Assembly (NCBI GenBank): GCA_047967505.1
Contig: CM106538.1
Length of the DNA: 64,000 nucleotides
From: Dipteris shenzhenensis
Taxonomy: Eukaryota
Direction: 5' to 3' (one strand)
A program made the translations under genes and the position numbers. Positions 1 through 12,894 of the stretch are shown here, piece after piece (position 1 is the first letter of the stretch; the number at the start of each line of letters is the position of its first letter). The notes beneath the pieces are model-generated. The model searched no databases. It was not told the DNA's origin and saw nothing but the letters and a program-made list of their open reading frames with translations.

Positions 1-560
1 CTCCTGCCCATCAAATCTTAAAAGATTAAGTACCTACAACCTGCCCCCACCTCGCAAATGCCGTGCAACCTGCACGCACCTCGACATGACCTTGTGCAGA
101 CTTTGGTTTGCCATTGTCTTCTTTCAGGTATGTTGTCTTCTATTCTTTGCTTGCCTCACTAGCTAGCTTCTCTGTGTGTATTCTAGACTGATCGTGGCCA
201 TGGCATCAATGGCAACATGCAGCTCACCATGGCTTGTAAGAGAAGCAGACAGAGGTTGCGAGATAGGAAAGCCGAAAAGCTAGGTCACGGCAACAAAAGA
301 TACATTTGTAACATCTGCGAAGGGAGAAACAATGAGAACAAAGAAGATTACTTGTAGAGCAGTAGCAAGAAGCAGTTGCAGATGGACACATTCGATCATT
401 GCCATCGGAGCGAAGAACACGAGCTGTGGTGTCACGATTGGTGGGAGCATTAAAGGCAACAACATCAGGCCATTCACATGATTACCAGTCTTGAGTCTTC
501 ACAAGCTTTAGCCTGCACCCTAAAGTTCATAGAGTAACAACCCTACCAACACCTCAGGAG

Positions 561-2375
561 ATGCACACCGAAGAGGGGATGCTCTCTAACCTGAGAAATG
601 GCCTACAGAAAGTGAAAGGGGTGCATAGCTTAGATCAACTAGCTGCAAAGAGGGCGACATTAGCTATGTTGATGTCCCCTAAAACAAAGGAGAAATGGCT
701 TGAGTGCACAATGTCAAAGATGTTGTCAATCAGATGGACCAACATGGCTCTAGCAGTTGAACGTAGAGTAGAAGCAATGCACGATCATCCCAATACGAGA
801 AGTCTGTGGGCTTCAACAAAACACAAGAAAAGGAGAGACAGCCTAAGTGCAGAATTCATTGCTACAGTGATGACGTTTTGGCACAAAAATACGAGAGTTT
901 CTCTAAATAGAAAGGACATCTGTAAGAAGCAAACGGGATGTAAGGTTTTGAGGAGAACATCATACACATGCTAGATACAATGCAGGTCAGTGGTGCCTAA
1001 ACTAGCCCGGTGGTTGTTTGTGATTAAGCTTTGGGATAGTTTACTTGTTTCTTTTCTTAAACTAGGCTTGGACTAAATGTGATTGTCCTAAACCAGCCCG
1101 GTGGTTGGAACATCATGCAACCATAGGCTGGTTCAGCTCAATCTCTAGTGATATGATTGTCTTGAACTAGCGTAGTTGAACAGACATTAGTTATTGTCCA
1201 GCCTGGTGGCATGGTTGAGCAAAAATTAACAGCAATATATTGTTATTTTACTAAACCAGCTCGGTGGTTGGAACATCATGCACCCATGGCTGCTTCAGCT
1301 CAATCACTAGTTATGTGATTGTCCTCAACTAGCGTGGTTGAACAGACATTAGTTATTGACCAGCCCGGTGGTTGAAATTATTGTGTTTCTAAGTACTTAA
1401 ATTCATTACATTTAATTTCCTGCTATTCGGGTCATATACCACTATTAAATTGTGGAATTTAGAAATGAAAAGCAATATATTGTTATTTTCTAATGGTGAA
1501 ATTCAAAAATGAAAAGCAATATACTTGTTATTGTCTAATATGTGAAGTTGAGACCGTCAGGCTAAACCATCCCGATGGTTGAAACTGTGATAGTGTCCTA
1601 AACCATCTCGGTGGTTGAAACTATGACTATCGTAAACGTGTCCTAAACCAGCCCGATGATTGAAATTGTGGTTGTCCTAAACCATCACGATGATTGAAAA
1701 TTATTTTATATACTTTAATTAGATTATGTTTTGTATGCTTTTAGTAGTAGCAAAAAGGGGGCTCATTGTTCTATTGTTCCCGCATGTTGGGTCAGTAGAT
1801 GGAGTTGTATCTCAAGTTTGAGGATTAGAATCCGGACATTACAATTGGGTAGAGGAACTTTTGAGCATTGTAAGCCTTCGTACGTCTGGAAACTCAAAGA
1901 CAAGAATGTTTGTTGTTGCAAAACACACATAGACTTTGACCTAGCCTAGCAAGCTATGAATGACTTGAGATCTGGTCGTGTTAGAGCATTGCTCCATGGG
2001 GATCGATGTCCATGTCTCCTCAATGAATGCGCAGTTTGTGGGACGCCTAAATCCTCATCATGTGTTGCAAGGGAGGGCAGGTTTTGTAGCCTGAGGTCTC
2101 TGTGGGAGCTAGTGGCTTGTCCAAAGGGAGACCATGAGTGGCACAGGATTGAATGCATTCACGGCACATGCAAGCATTGTAGTTTGAAGCTGAAGAAGAA
2201 GAAATTCAATGTCTATCCAAATGAAATTAGGGAAGACAATCACGTTGCTCTAAAATGGAGGAGATTTGAGCACCCAGCCAAGGGAGCTTGTAGGTCACGT
2301 GGTTCAATCCATCCCAAAATATGTGCTTCACAATTTCACAGCCAGCTAGCAGGATAAGCAGTTTAGGACTCTACC
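561..2375 (+). pseudogene. Degenerate N-terminal part of a DNA-transposon transposase (Cys-rich, Sola2-like), split by an intron and 3'-truncated
   Basis: ORF pieces FWHKNTRVSLNRKDICKK (561-974), splice donor cag|gt at ~986, FEHCKPSYVWKLKDKNVCCCKTH (1731-1949), CPKGDHEWHRIECIHGTCKHC (1956-2357), then IPKYVLHNFTAS*QDKQF in another frame. The catalytic region is absent. The family call rests on recalled motif order only. Confidence 0.4.
998..1700. repeat. Dispersed array of an imperfectly palindromic motif TAAACCAGCCCGGTGGTTG (about 10 copies) in the putative intron
   Basis: Motif or variants near 998, 1089, 1252, 1358, 1563, 1599, 1645 and 1678. A ~170-bp duplication (~1090-1250 vs ~1255-1380) is also present. 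Confidence 0.75.
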
Positions 2376-2845
2376 AACTTATACACCCATATTAACTCCT
2401 CCTTTCGTTGGGGGTCCTCTTCATTCTGGTCTTTGCAGTCTATACATCTTTGCGCCGCTATCATGTCGTGCCAAAAGAAACCTACATCATGAGCTTGATA
2501 AGTACCTTAAAGGAGCAGGAAAAACAATAGCCAAGGAAATTAATATTAACCGTATGTGCCAACTCCAAGTAATAAACCCACCATCAAAGCATGTTCTCCT
2601 TGCAGCTATTTTCCTCCTTCTCTGAGTCTGTGTCTATGAGGATTTCATCCAACATTATTTTCAGATAGAACAAAAGCAATCCAAAGTCTTTTGGGTATGC
2701 CATAGATTCGCAATTGGTGGATCAGTGTAGAGAGTTTGAATCAGTGTACAAGTTTTGGGGCTAGATTTTGTAATGGGCTCTTAGTTTTGTGTGCACTGCA
2801 CTTAAATAGGGAGAGAGTTCATTGAGCCCGACCTTCTCATTCTTC

Positions 2846-3012
2846 AGTCTCATGTTAGTTGTCTAATCTAAATATTTTGTCTCACATTAGTTGTCTAATC
2901 GAAATCTTTTGTGGTACAATAGTTCACTAATCAAAATCTTTCAGTCTCACATTAGTGATCTAATCAAAATCTTTCGTCTCACATTACGTGTCAAATCAAA
3001 ATCTTTTGTCTC
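2846..3012. repeat. ~30-bp tandem repeat (TCTCACATTAGTTGTCTAATCGAAATCTTTTG-like), about 5 copies
   Basis: The repeated units are directly visible. Confidence 0.75.
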
Positions 3013-3165
3013 ATTATTATCACTGCACTAGTGTGAATCAAAGGACACTATCTAGTCACTTAGCTAAGAAAACATTGCCCAAGTAAACTCTAGAGAAGAT
3101 TAACAATTCAATAGATTATACACAGATTACATAGATTACAATCTCAAAGACTCCTTTACTTTAGA

Positions 3166-5120
3166 TTACATCTCAAGGATTCCTTGTTGAGCTCCCTGAT
3201 CGCAAGCTCGTCCCTCCTTGCTCCTTTCTAAAATGGGGCCAGTTCCTTCATATTTTGGCCCGACCCTTCCCTTCATGCCGCTTCCTCTTTTCTTGATTTG
3301 AGCTTCCTGGTTGCAAGATCGGCCCTTCTTGCTCCTTTCCTGAAGGGGGCTAGTTCCTCCTTTCAAGCTCCTTTTCCTCATAGTCAGGTTTGATCTTGGC
3401 CTTCTTCAACTTGATCTCCTTGTCTTTAATCTCTCTCGTCTTCCTGTTTGCAGCTTTGCTGTACATACAACCAACTTGCAAGATTTAAAGCTCAATTGCC
3501 TCAATTGAGCTGCAGCATCTACTTTCTCATCGTAGATAGCTATAGCAAGCAGACACATTTGATCTGTCCATGACCTAGGCAATGGCAAATGGCATTCTCT
3601 ACATACTAATTTTGTATGCACAAACACCCCAAAGCAAAAAATGTGCAAAGGGTGGTAGCATGCAAGCCATCGGATACACCAATCATCTATGATGGGGGTA
3701 TGGCAGACCATGCATTTCGAACCCTGTTGCATAACAGAATAGGCATCTAATTTAACTATTGCGGCTGTCAATACCACATTCTTGCTCTGTACATGACGAA
3801 GTTGTTTCTTGATGTTCCTCCCTCATCCTAAGGCTGCGGATGTTCTCCTTCATCTCCTCCACTTTTTGCTCACTCTGTGCAACAGCTTCATCTGAATCCC
3901 TCAGCATCTGTTGAACCCGCATAAATTGCTGAAAAACATCTTCATGGGCAGTTTCCAAGACTTCCACTCTAGTTTGGAAATCTCACAGGACGATGAACTG
4001 CTTTTCATAACTGTTGAAAGCCATGGCAAGCTTGTGCAAACATCTATCGTGATCTTCTCGCAGGGTATTGTAGGTTGCTGGAACTTGCTCCACTGCGGTG
4101 GCTGGAACTTGCTCCACTATGGTGGCTGGAACTTGCTCCACCATGGCTACTCTCTACATCCTTCCTGGCCTGGGGAGCTGCCTCGTTGTCTTCTCCACCC
4201 CGGTTGCTGTGTCTACCCCATCCTTCTTGGCCTTGAAGCTCTCTCGCAGTTCCTGCATCACCTTTCTGGTTTCTACATTCTCCCTTTTCAGCTCCTCCAT
4301 CATCTAGTCTTTTTCAATGTTCAATGCATTCTGCATGTTGCAGAGCCGTTGGTAAAGACCCTTCTTCTCAGCTCTCTGATCTTCAAGGTCCTTTCGCATC
4401 TTTTCTAGCTCCTTGTCCACCATGTCCCCCTCATTTCTCACTTCTTCGAGCCTATCTCAGAGCTCTTTTATGTGCTTCTCTACTTCTTCTCTTCTATGCC
4501 TTTCCATGTCGACCAATTTTGTAGTGGCCTCAACTTGCTCTTGTGCCTCGTCTACCTTGGCTTCTACACCTTCCTTGAGACTTTTCTCAAGTTGCGCTGC
4601 CTTTGCTGCATCAGTGGCTTTCTCTTGTAGAAAAGTCACCTTCTGAGACATTTGCTTCTTGTATTGCTCAAAAATCCCTTTGAGGGTAGATGCCATCAGG
4701 TGCATTGCAACTCCAGCAGACTGAGATGATAATTGGGATTTGCCATCCATGCAATTCTTCAAGTTGGTTAACATGCTCTTGGAGATCGCCCTTGAGAAAG
4801 ATACATCATGTCATTTCAATTGCTCTACTGCTACTTGAACCTTCCAAACTTGCAGGTTCCTCTCGTATCAGAAAAGAAGTGAATTGTCTTCTTCAACACA
4901 TCTTGGAGGCCTATTGGCAAGCTTGAAATCTTGACTCCACCATCTTTACTAATTTGAGCATTGGGGTATAGGTCTAGAATATCATGTCTCTTCCACTGCT
5001 TCTCGAAAAAGTGTTCTTGTGAACTGCCTCTAGAAATTCCTAGAGCCTTTTCAATCATGCTTTCATTTATGGTAATCTTCTGACCTTGACAGACTAGTTG
5101 CCCCTCCTTCACGTTCACCT
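3166..5120 (-). pseudogene. Disrupted TE accessory ORF: long coiled coil followed by a RING-H2 finger and a basic tail (copy 1)
   Basis: ORF pieces 4831-5118, 4457-4774 and 3752-3967 (E/K/Q-rich coiled coil) and 3406-3777 with CMVC-x14-CYHPLHIFC-x9-CREC. A 24-bp triple repeat lies at ~4074-4145. Homologous to 19250-20995. Confidence 0.7.
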
Positions 5121-5629
5121 CCTACACCATCTTGGTGAAGTTTTGTAGAGCATCCAAATTGGGTTTTTAAATAGTGAGAGAGGAGCTCCCATATGTCATG
5201 ATTTCAAGATCAGGGGAGGAGGGGTTCTTGCACTATGCTGCAGAGGGGGAGGAAACATTGTGTGAGGAGCTCTTGGACTATGCAGGGTCCATTACGAGAG
5301 GGGATAGAAGTTTTAGGAAGAGTGCAAGGAAGAAAGAAATGGTCGAGAGGGATAGAAGATGAAGCAGTGAAGGAAATGGAATAGTGGAGGCTTGATATTG
5401 CAAGTGAGAACGAAATGTTCGAGAGGGATAGAAGAGGAAATAGTTAAGGGAATGGAATAGCAGTTTGTAGCCTAACTACACTATCAAGGTGAGAGCCACC
5501 ACAGTGGTTGTAGCCCGACTACTATCAAGGAAGGTGAGAGCCAATGCGGTGGTTGTAGCTTGACTATAACTTCAAGGTTGGCCCGAATTTTGAATAATTC
5601 AAGGCAGCAATATTGACTTGCATGGTAAA

Positions 5630-6272
5630 GAATGATCAGAGGTGGTGGCATCTAAGATTCCCAGCCATGTCTGTGGTGGCGGCTAAGATCCACCGAGCTG
5701 TCAGTAAATTACCAGCCACTGCAGTGGTCCACAATTCCTCAGCTTCTAGTTACCACCACTAGGCTTGCATGCATGATTACTTACGAGTGCAGTAAATTAT
5801 GGTAATGAGGGATTAGAGGTGATTAGGCTTCACGATTTACTTTTGTGGGAATTACTGCCCGATGGTGGTGGCTATCACTAGCCACGTCTATCATGGCTAC
5901 GATTCCACCGTGCCACCGCTCACCCACCACCACGCTTTAGCATGCATGATCACTACGAGTGTAGTAAAAATTACCAGTCATCGGGCTCGCATGCTCAATA
6001 GAGAATTAGAGTGCATGGTAATGAGTGATTAGACATGGTAATGAGAATTACAGCCCGGTGGTGGTGGCTCTCATTAGCCATGTCTGTCATGGCTAAGATT
6101 CCACCGGGCTGGCAGGTAGTTAATTACCAGCCACTGGAGTGGACCACATGGCATCTTCTTCATGATTACCAGCCCGTCTAGGGGATTTTACCGCGGTGGC
6201 TTGCAATTAATATGGATGGAACCCCGGGCTCCCAGCCATTGTGGTGGCTCGAACTTTATAATATATATAAGA
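5630..6272 (-). mobile_element. Probable Helitron 5' terminus with a GTGGTGGC-rich subterminal region
   Basis: The minus strand reads a^TCTTATATATATTATAAAG from 6272, i.e. TC after A followed by an AT-rich leader. No 3' hairpin/CTRR or RepHel was found. Confidence 0.45.
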
Positions 6273-6939
6273 TCTATGGCATTTGGCATTTTACTACGTT
6301 GCTCTAATTGACCCATGCTCTGCTACTTTGCTCCACATCCCTCCTCTAGCTCTTTTTCGCCCCTACTCTACTTTTCTCCACGCTTCCTCCTCCAACTCTC
6401 GTCACTACATCTGCTCCCCTGCTCATCTTTTGCTCACCCACTCATCTTCAGCATGCCTAGTACCACCCCCCCTCGATGCTCTGTGATCCCAATCTCATAT
6501 AAGATGATTGTGTTGCACTCACTTGGAGTAGAAATGCTAGCACTAGTGGAGACCCTTCATTTCCATAGGTGACTCCCCACACATCTGAATGTCATCACCT
6601 TAGATAACATGCTCATAGAGGGCCTCTTTATGGTTGTGATGTATGGGTTCCCCCTAGATGTTGACGAAGGTCTCAATATTTTCACAGTAGAGTACTCTCG
6701 ACTTGCTAGGGGGGCCATAATCTGAGTCTTGGCAATGTTCATGGTCTTCGGCCCCTCCATCGTATCCTCCTTTGGCTCCCTAAAAATTTTTAATGCAACA
6801 AGCTAGACTGGCAAAAAATTGAGTTGTACAAATTCCATCTTGCTCAAATGAGGCTCTCAGCAATGGCTCAATGTAATCTTTTGGGCTCTCAAAATGATCT
6901 TTTGGCTCACTAGACGTAATGTTTTGGTCTCTAAGGCAT

Positions 6940-7440
6940 TTATGTAATCTCTTTTTGTGCAATTTTCAATGAATCCATGGCATAGTTTGCCAATAAAATC
7001 AAAAGCATTATGACCCAACTAGAAGGCATAAATGCAAAAGTAGGAGAAATGGATGCACTTGCAATCCTCCTTGAAAGCATGCCTAAAGAGTATAACACAT
7101 TGACAATGACTTTGAAGAATCTTCCGGATCCAAACTTTGAGGAATGTGTATCCTCTCTTCTTGAGAAAGAAAGAGAGTTGAAGGTATCGACATCGACACC
7201 TACATCAACACGCAGCAACAATAATGAAGAACAAGCATTATTTAGTAAAACATCAACAAAGTGTTACAATTGCAGAATGATGGGTCACTATCAAAGTGAC
7301 TGTAGAGTGAAGAACAAACCAAAGTGTCACCATTGCAAGAAGCTAGGACACAAAGAAGAAGACTGGAGATTGAAGAACTAGCAGGTCAACTATGTGGAGT
7401 CATCATCAGGTCTTGAGCAGAATGACAACAACAACATGTA
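6940..7440 (+). pseudogene. gag: Ty1/Copia gag fragment (UBN2-type core plus two zinc knuckles)
   Basis: ORF 7010-7381: AILLESMPKEYNTL...LLEKERELK...CYNCRMMGHYQSDC...CHHCKKLGHKEEDW. Confidence 0.85.
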
Positions 7441-7660
7441 TTGAGAAGCAAAAGCCTTAATCCATCTTTAGACTATATTCTTGTAATCAAACCTGACCAC
7501 CTGCAAAGTAGCCATGTAAGCACTCAGGGGAGGTATTAACATGTAAAGACCACACTTGACCACCTTAAGTAGCAATGTATGCATTAAGGGAAGATGATCG
7601 ATTTATAACTCACATCTGACCACCTTGCAGTAGCCAATGGATCATGGCACCAAGGGGAGG

Positions 7661-7952
7661 TGTTGAGGAATATGGTGCCATGAGCACATAACTAGAGGCT
7701 AAGGTATGGTATAGGAACATGTTAAAGTAGCCACCCTAGGATGTGGACTACATGATGTGAGGATGTGGATTGAGGACATCTACAAGGAGAGATGTAGATC
7801 AGAGGATCCCACAAGTGTTGACTATTCTAAAGGCTCTCTATATAAGAAGCCTATCATGTATTTTTGATTACACACATTGCAATAGATTGAGTGTTTGCTA
7901 CCCTATGTCTCTCTTGTGGTGCTTTGATCCTCCTTGATCTCTCTCTTTCACA
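7661..7952 (+). mobile_element. 3' LTR (292 bp) of an internally deleted Copia element
   Basis: The PPT AAGGGGAGG immediately precedes TGTTGAGG at 7661 and the LTR ends ...TTCACA at 7952. A TATA-like TATATAA lies at ~7839. Its 5' part matches 29157-29290 in reverse complement. Confidence 0.8.
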
Positions 7953-8206
7953 TAAGTTTCAGGTCCTCATAAATTTTTATCTCTATAGGGGAACATTTGG
8001 GTTGGGTGGGTATGCAGAATTCCACATTTGTGCACATGCATGGTGCATAGGTGCATCCAAATTGCATGTGTGGACCATCATGGAATGGTCAAGTGTCCGA
8101 TCACCATGCAAACTTAAGAGTGTCAATTAGATTAATTTCCATGTCCTTGCAAAATTTTGTGTTGATCGAGAAGCATTTGGGTTGATGAACATGAGAAATT
8201 CCCCAT
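7953..8206 (-). repeat. Fragment of the ~180-bp satellite (reverse orientation)
   Basis: Contains TGTGCACATGCATGGTGCATAGG and GTGGACCATCATGGAATGGTCAAGTGTC, the reverse complements of the 29291-32636 unit motifs. Confidence 0.85.
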
Positions 8207-8730
8207 TGTTTGCTCTTTCCCAAGCTTCCGCCAGAAGAGTAGGGTTTTCTCAATATGTAGGGTTCTAAGGCTTTTGTCACCTACAAATATATAGGTGTTG
8301 TCATTTGTAGTATAAGTGTAGCTTAGGACCTTGAGTCGTATTCTAGTGAGAGACGTAGGCTTAAGTGTGGTAAGCAAACATACTGCATCCATGTGTGAAA
8401 GGAACATGCATCATCATAGTTGGGGTAGTGAAGGCTTTCGCTTTCATTGGGGGTTGAAGGGTTTAGGAGGAGTTTAAGGTTTGGAGGGAGGTTTAGGGTT
8501 TAGAAAGAGGTTCCAAGGTTCAGAGGGAGGTTCCAGACTTTAGAAGAGGTTCAAGGATTAGGAGGAGGATCCAAGGTTCAGGGTAGAGTACATGGTGGAG
8601 AACTCATCTCCCTCATAGATCATGGACATTAAGGGTTGAGGAACTAAGGGTTTAGGGGGAGCATAGGAGTGGGAGAGGAAGAAGATGTAAGAGCATGGGG
8701 GGAAAGGAGAGAAAGTAGAAGGGAGAAAGA

Positions 8731-8790
8731 GGAGGGAGGAGGAGGAGGAGGAGGAGGAGGAGGAGGAGGAGGAGGAGGAGGAGGGAGGAG
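8731..8790. repeat. (GGA)n microsatellite within the probable 3' LTR/UTR region of the Gypsy element
   Basis: Directly visible; it explains the poly-Pro and poly-Leu ORFs. Confidence 0.9.
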
Positions 8791-9289
8791 GAGAGGGAGA
8801 GAATAGGTTGCAAGGTTAGAGGAGAGGGGAGGAATTGCAAGGTTAGGACATGCTTTTGGACGTGGAGTACAAGGAAGCATGGACACTTGAGACAATTGCT
8901 TGGAATACCAAAGTAGAACTCAACACAATGCCCCAAAGAGTGTGGGCTTCATTCCATTATGGGGTATTTATACAAGTTGGAGAGCTTCTCTCTCTACATG
9001 CAGGAATTGTAAGACATTCTCTCTCTACATGTAGAACTTTCATATAGAAGTTGCATGTAGGAGTTGTATGTAGAACTCATATGTAGCACATGCCTATAGG
9101 AATCACATGTAGGACTTACATGTAGAACATGCATGTAGGAGTTACAAGTAGAACATCTACAAGCGGAGCTTTTCCGCTTCTCTCTACACACACATTCTGT
9201 ACTACCTAAGTCCATGTTGGCACAGAGACAACATACTCTCGAATCCATTTTATTACCCATCCTCGGGTTATGGCTTATTGTGATCATGT

Positions 9290-12200
9290 AGTTGGGATGC
9301 CATGCGTGAAATCCAGTGGTTGTGGAACTTGTGTCATGCTAGTTGATCCTGTTGTAAAGCCTTGGCACCATACAATTTTTGCTGCCTTTATCCACCATTT
9401 GTTCGAACAGAGATATGTGGTGTGCTTCTAAGAAGATTAATATTTGATAGAGTCAGCTTGTAATCTGAGCATTGATCCATTCATTGGGATTGAAACTAAG
9501 TGGAGGCAAATGGCGGTCGAGGTGGCTAGGGACCTCCAAAATGTATTCCAATGTTTTGCAGATGATAGCACTTTGGCAAAGGAAACGGTCAATGTTGCCA
9601 CGCATTATTTGCTCATGTTGATGAAGTGTTGGAATTAGTGTGCCTTGGATATTCCATTCTACACCAGAGTATGGTTCGATCATTGGCTAATTAATGGTGT
9701 GATCTTCACCCAAAGTGTGTATGTTTTCTTCCCGTCTGTGACATCGTGGAACTACATAGAACTTGGAATGGGTTCTGAGACAAGGAGGTGCATGCAGGTA
9801 CTCTTTCAAGAAGATTACATCAAAGAGCTTGGGACGGCACCAATCAGGTTGGGGATCCAACTTGCTTATCCAATCTTCACTAATTTGATGCTGATGAAGG
9901 AAAGTTGCCATCCACCTTGAGTTTTTATATTAGGATATTTGCTCCAAAATTCTTTGATGGGGTTACTGGGAACTGGTATCTCATCAAGATCATACCCATC
10001 ATTGGAATTCGGCATGGGAGTACGAATTGGATTATCCCGATCCTAAGATTCAAAATCAAATAATGTGTCATTTTCTGCTGATGGCAGCACAAGTAGTGTT
10101 GGAGGTGATGATGGGGCAGGGAGAGAATCTGGGGACATGGGCGAGAAATATCAAAGAGTGTTAGTTGTGGAAGGGGGAGCAGAGGGGAGGGGGGGAAGAA
10201 CTGGGCAAATGGTTTGAGCAACTTGGTAATCTTCGAGGGTAGAATTAGCAAGGGAAGGGAAGAAGCTAGGTGTGAGGGGCTCATAAGTTTGTGACTATTG
10301 GGTTAGTTGAAAATGGTGAGAGGCATGAGCAAAGAGACAATAAAGGGAATAGATGTTAGGATGGAGCTCAAGGAAGTTTAAGAGGGTGGTAGCAGCAAGG
10401 GTAAGTGAGGCTATGAAGTTGGCAGAGAGAGTGGTTAGAATGGGAAGTTGGATGTGAGATAGGCCTTGTCATCTTTTGACACTTCTTTTTGTTGGTATGA
10501 TGGGATCATCAATTGCAAGAGTGGGATGTTGGCTATGTCATGCCTTGCAAATAATAGTGATGGCCTTTGTAGCAATGGCAACAAACCAGCAATAACCCTG
10601 AGGGGAGGACTACCCATGAGGCATACATATGCGATGAAAGCATCCGTCGTACGTGCTATAAGCCCGGCATGTGTAGATAGGCAGAAGATATTTTTCTCAT
10701 CTTTGGATAAGTCTTGGCAAATTATGCATAGAGTTTTGGTCCCTATGGAATGTTCCCATTTTATTGTTGGATGAGTGGATATGATCCTGATTTGGAGTTG
10801 CTTCCATTGGATAAGCACTTGTGTGTTGAGGTGATCTTTCGCTTGTAGAGCGGCCACAAGCTCTTGGTATACCACCGTTGTGCATTGTAGTGGGACTTCA
10901 TTGATGTTGTCTTCCATTGCCTCATTGTTGTGTACTAGTAGTTAGAGTTCAAGCTTGGAGATGACTATCTTTTGGGATTGCATTTCATTCATTTTTTCTT
11001 TATATTTATGGTAGATGGATGTATATGCCTCCTTAAGCTTTATCATTTGCAAGGTGACCTGCACTTATTGAGGAATGACTTCAGTGGTATTGGACCATTG
11101 GTCCAAGACTTGTGCTTGTGAAGTGTTGGCCTCTTTTAGTGGTAGCTAGCAAGTTGGTCCTTTAAGATTCTCCAGTCCCTTGTAAGCTCTTCAATGTTGA
11201 ACGTGCGTATTGCCAAAGACTGTTGCATGTCTTCAAGCTTGTCTTGGCAATCCTAGAGCTCTTCGTCTTTGTGGATTAGAGTGAGTCAACAGTGCCTCCG
11301 TCTGCTAAGCATGTGTAGAGGTCAAGGAGCTATAGTAGGTTTGTAGGATTGCCATTGCTTGTACTACTGCTGTCAGCTGTATTTGGCTTTGGTGGAGGTT
11401 GGAGGTCACATCCCTCACTGCCTTCTCTTGAGCTTGGAGAGCTTGGTTCATGCACACTTCTTCAACCTCCTTCTCATCTATTTGCTCCCAAATTGCCTTG
11501 ACCTCTCTGGCGATTCCTTGGAATTGGTTTGCTGCAGTTTGTCTTTCCAATTCTTATCCATGTTCCTCCTTTGCCGAGCTGGTGAATAGTTCTGACATTT
11601 GGAGCATGTGGCTAGCTTAATGATGGAGAATGACAAACAATGATGAGGACTGGTGATACTTTTGATACAATTGGTGCCCATGTAGCCATCTTTATGATTC
11701 TCTAGTACTTGTTGGGGGTTGTTCCAATGGTATTTCAGTCACTTGGGTATAGTAGTAATACTATTGATCTGGCACTAGCTCCCCTTGTGGCTCATGGATT
11801 GGCATGGTGTCAATGGGTGGTACTGGTGTCGATGTGTAGCCTCAGTCTTTGATGCCAATCTTGCCTTAGGATCTGACTGCTTGTTGCTATTGTTGGAGAT
11901 ATATTGGTTGTAGCTGTGCACCGAGTTGTAGCATCCCGTGGGGCACTTCCTCAATTCTAGCCTCCAGAATAGGCATTTCTTGTGAAGTATCTGCATTTGC
12001 CAATGTGATAGTAGAAGAAGTTGGTGACGGCTCCCATGCTAGTGAGAAGGGAATTTCCAACTCCTCAATAGGTTTTGGTGACTGGGGAAGAGTCATTTCT
12101 CGTTCCTGTAGCTCTTTATTGATGATTGTAGCCAATAAGTGTGGAATTTTATATTTTTGCCCTGATGAACCATCTAGTTTTCTTGTGAAGAAGATGACTA

Positions 12201-12894
12201 AGTGCTGGATCCAATCTTGCTTTATTTTCCTACTCGGCAAAACAAATGTGCGGAGTGGAAGGGATTGATTCTTGCCGCATTTAACCCCCAAGATTGTGGA
12301 TAGGAATTGTGTTGCTTCCTTGAGGTGAGGGTTAATGATGGTGCAAAGTAATATGCCATCTCTATGGAACATTGTGCCCCTAGTGAGGAGAGGCTATACT
12401 TTGAAAAATTTAGCACCAGAAAGCCTTGTAGGGTATTTGGCACCTTGTGTTGGGAGTGAGAAGGCACTTTGAAGATCGTGCCATACTTGCCAACCTGTGC
12501 ATTGTTGGAGTGGTAAGAATGGAGAAAGTCCCTGATGTATGTGGTCATTGTAGGACTGTCCTCCAAGGATTTTGAGGCTCTCATACAAACTACCTAGACC
12601 CCTTTGCTCTAAGAAAGATGTTGCATTGGAAAGAGCATAAGTCGATGTAAGTGGCCACACAAGTTCCAATGACTGTGCCCCGTCAATGGTTGTGTAGGCT
12701 AGTGGTGACTAGGGTGGCATTTGTTCTTCTTGGGTTTCCATGTCATGCACAGAATCCTCCTCAGAGCTATCGCTCTGAACCACAAATGCCTATGGTTGCC
12801 ATGGTTGAGAGGAGCTAGAATGCTGCAAACTCTAGAGGGGGTCTCGTGGTTGAGGCAGTGTTCTCTTTCTATGCATCCTCTTTAGTGGCGGCAT
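9290..12894 (-). pseudogene. Degenerate extra ORF downstream of Gypsy pol: coiled coil plus a frameshifted PHD finger
   Basis: Same strand as pol. Pieces at 12394-12669, 11887-12372, 11305-11550 (coiled coil), 10435-10917, 9687-9911 and 9453-9683. PHD-like ligands at 10570-10730 are spread across frames. Confidence 0.55.

Noticed and set aside
8207-9290. Defined LTR pair for the Gypsy element
   Set aside because: The region is plausibly the 3' LTR, but no matching 5' LTR, PBS or TSD is visible in the window.
9200-9911. Possible SET/post-SET domain after the PHD finger
   Set aside because: Only a vague resemblance (IEPYSG, Cys cluster); no NHS or ELxxDY motif.
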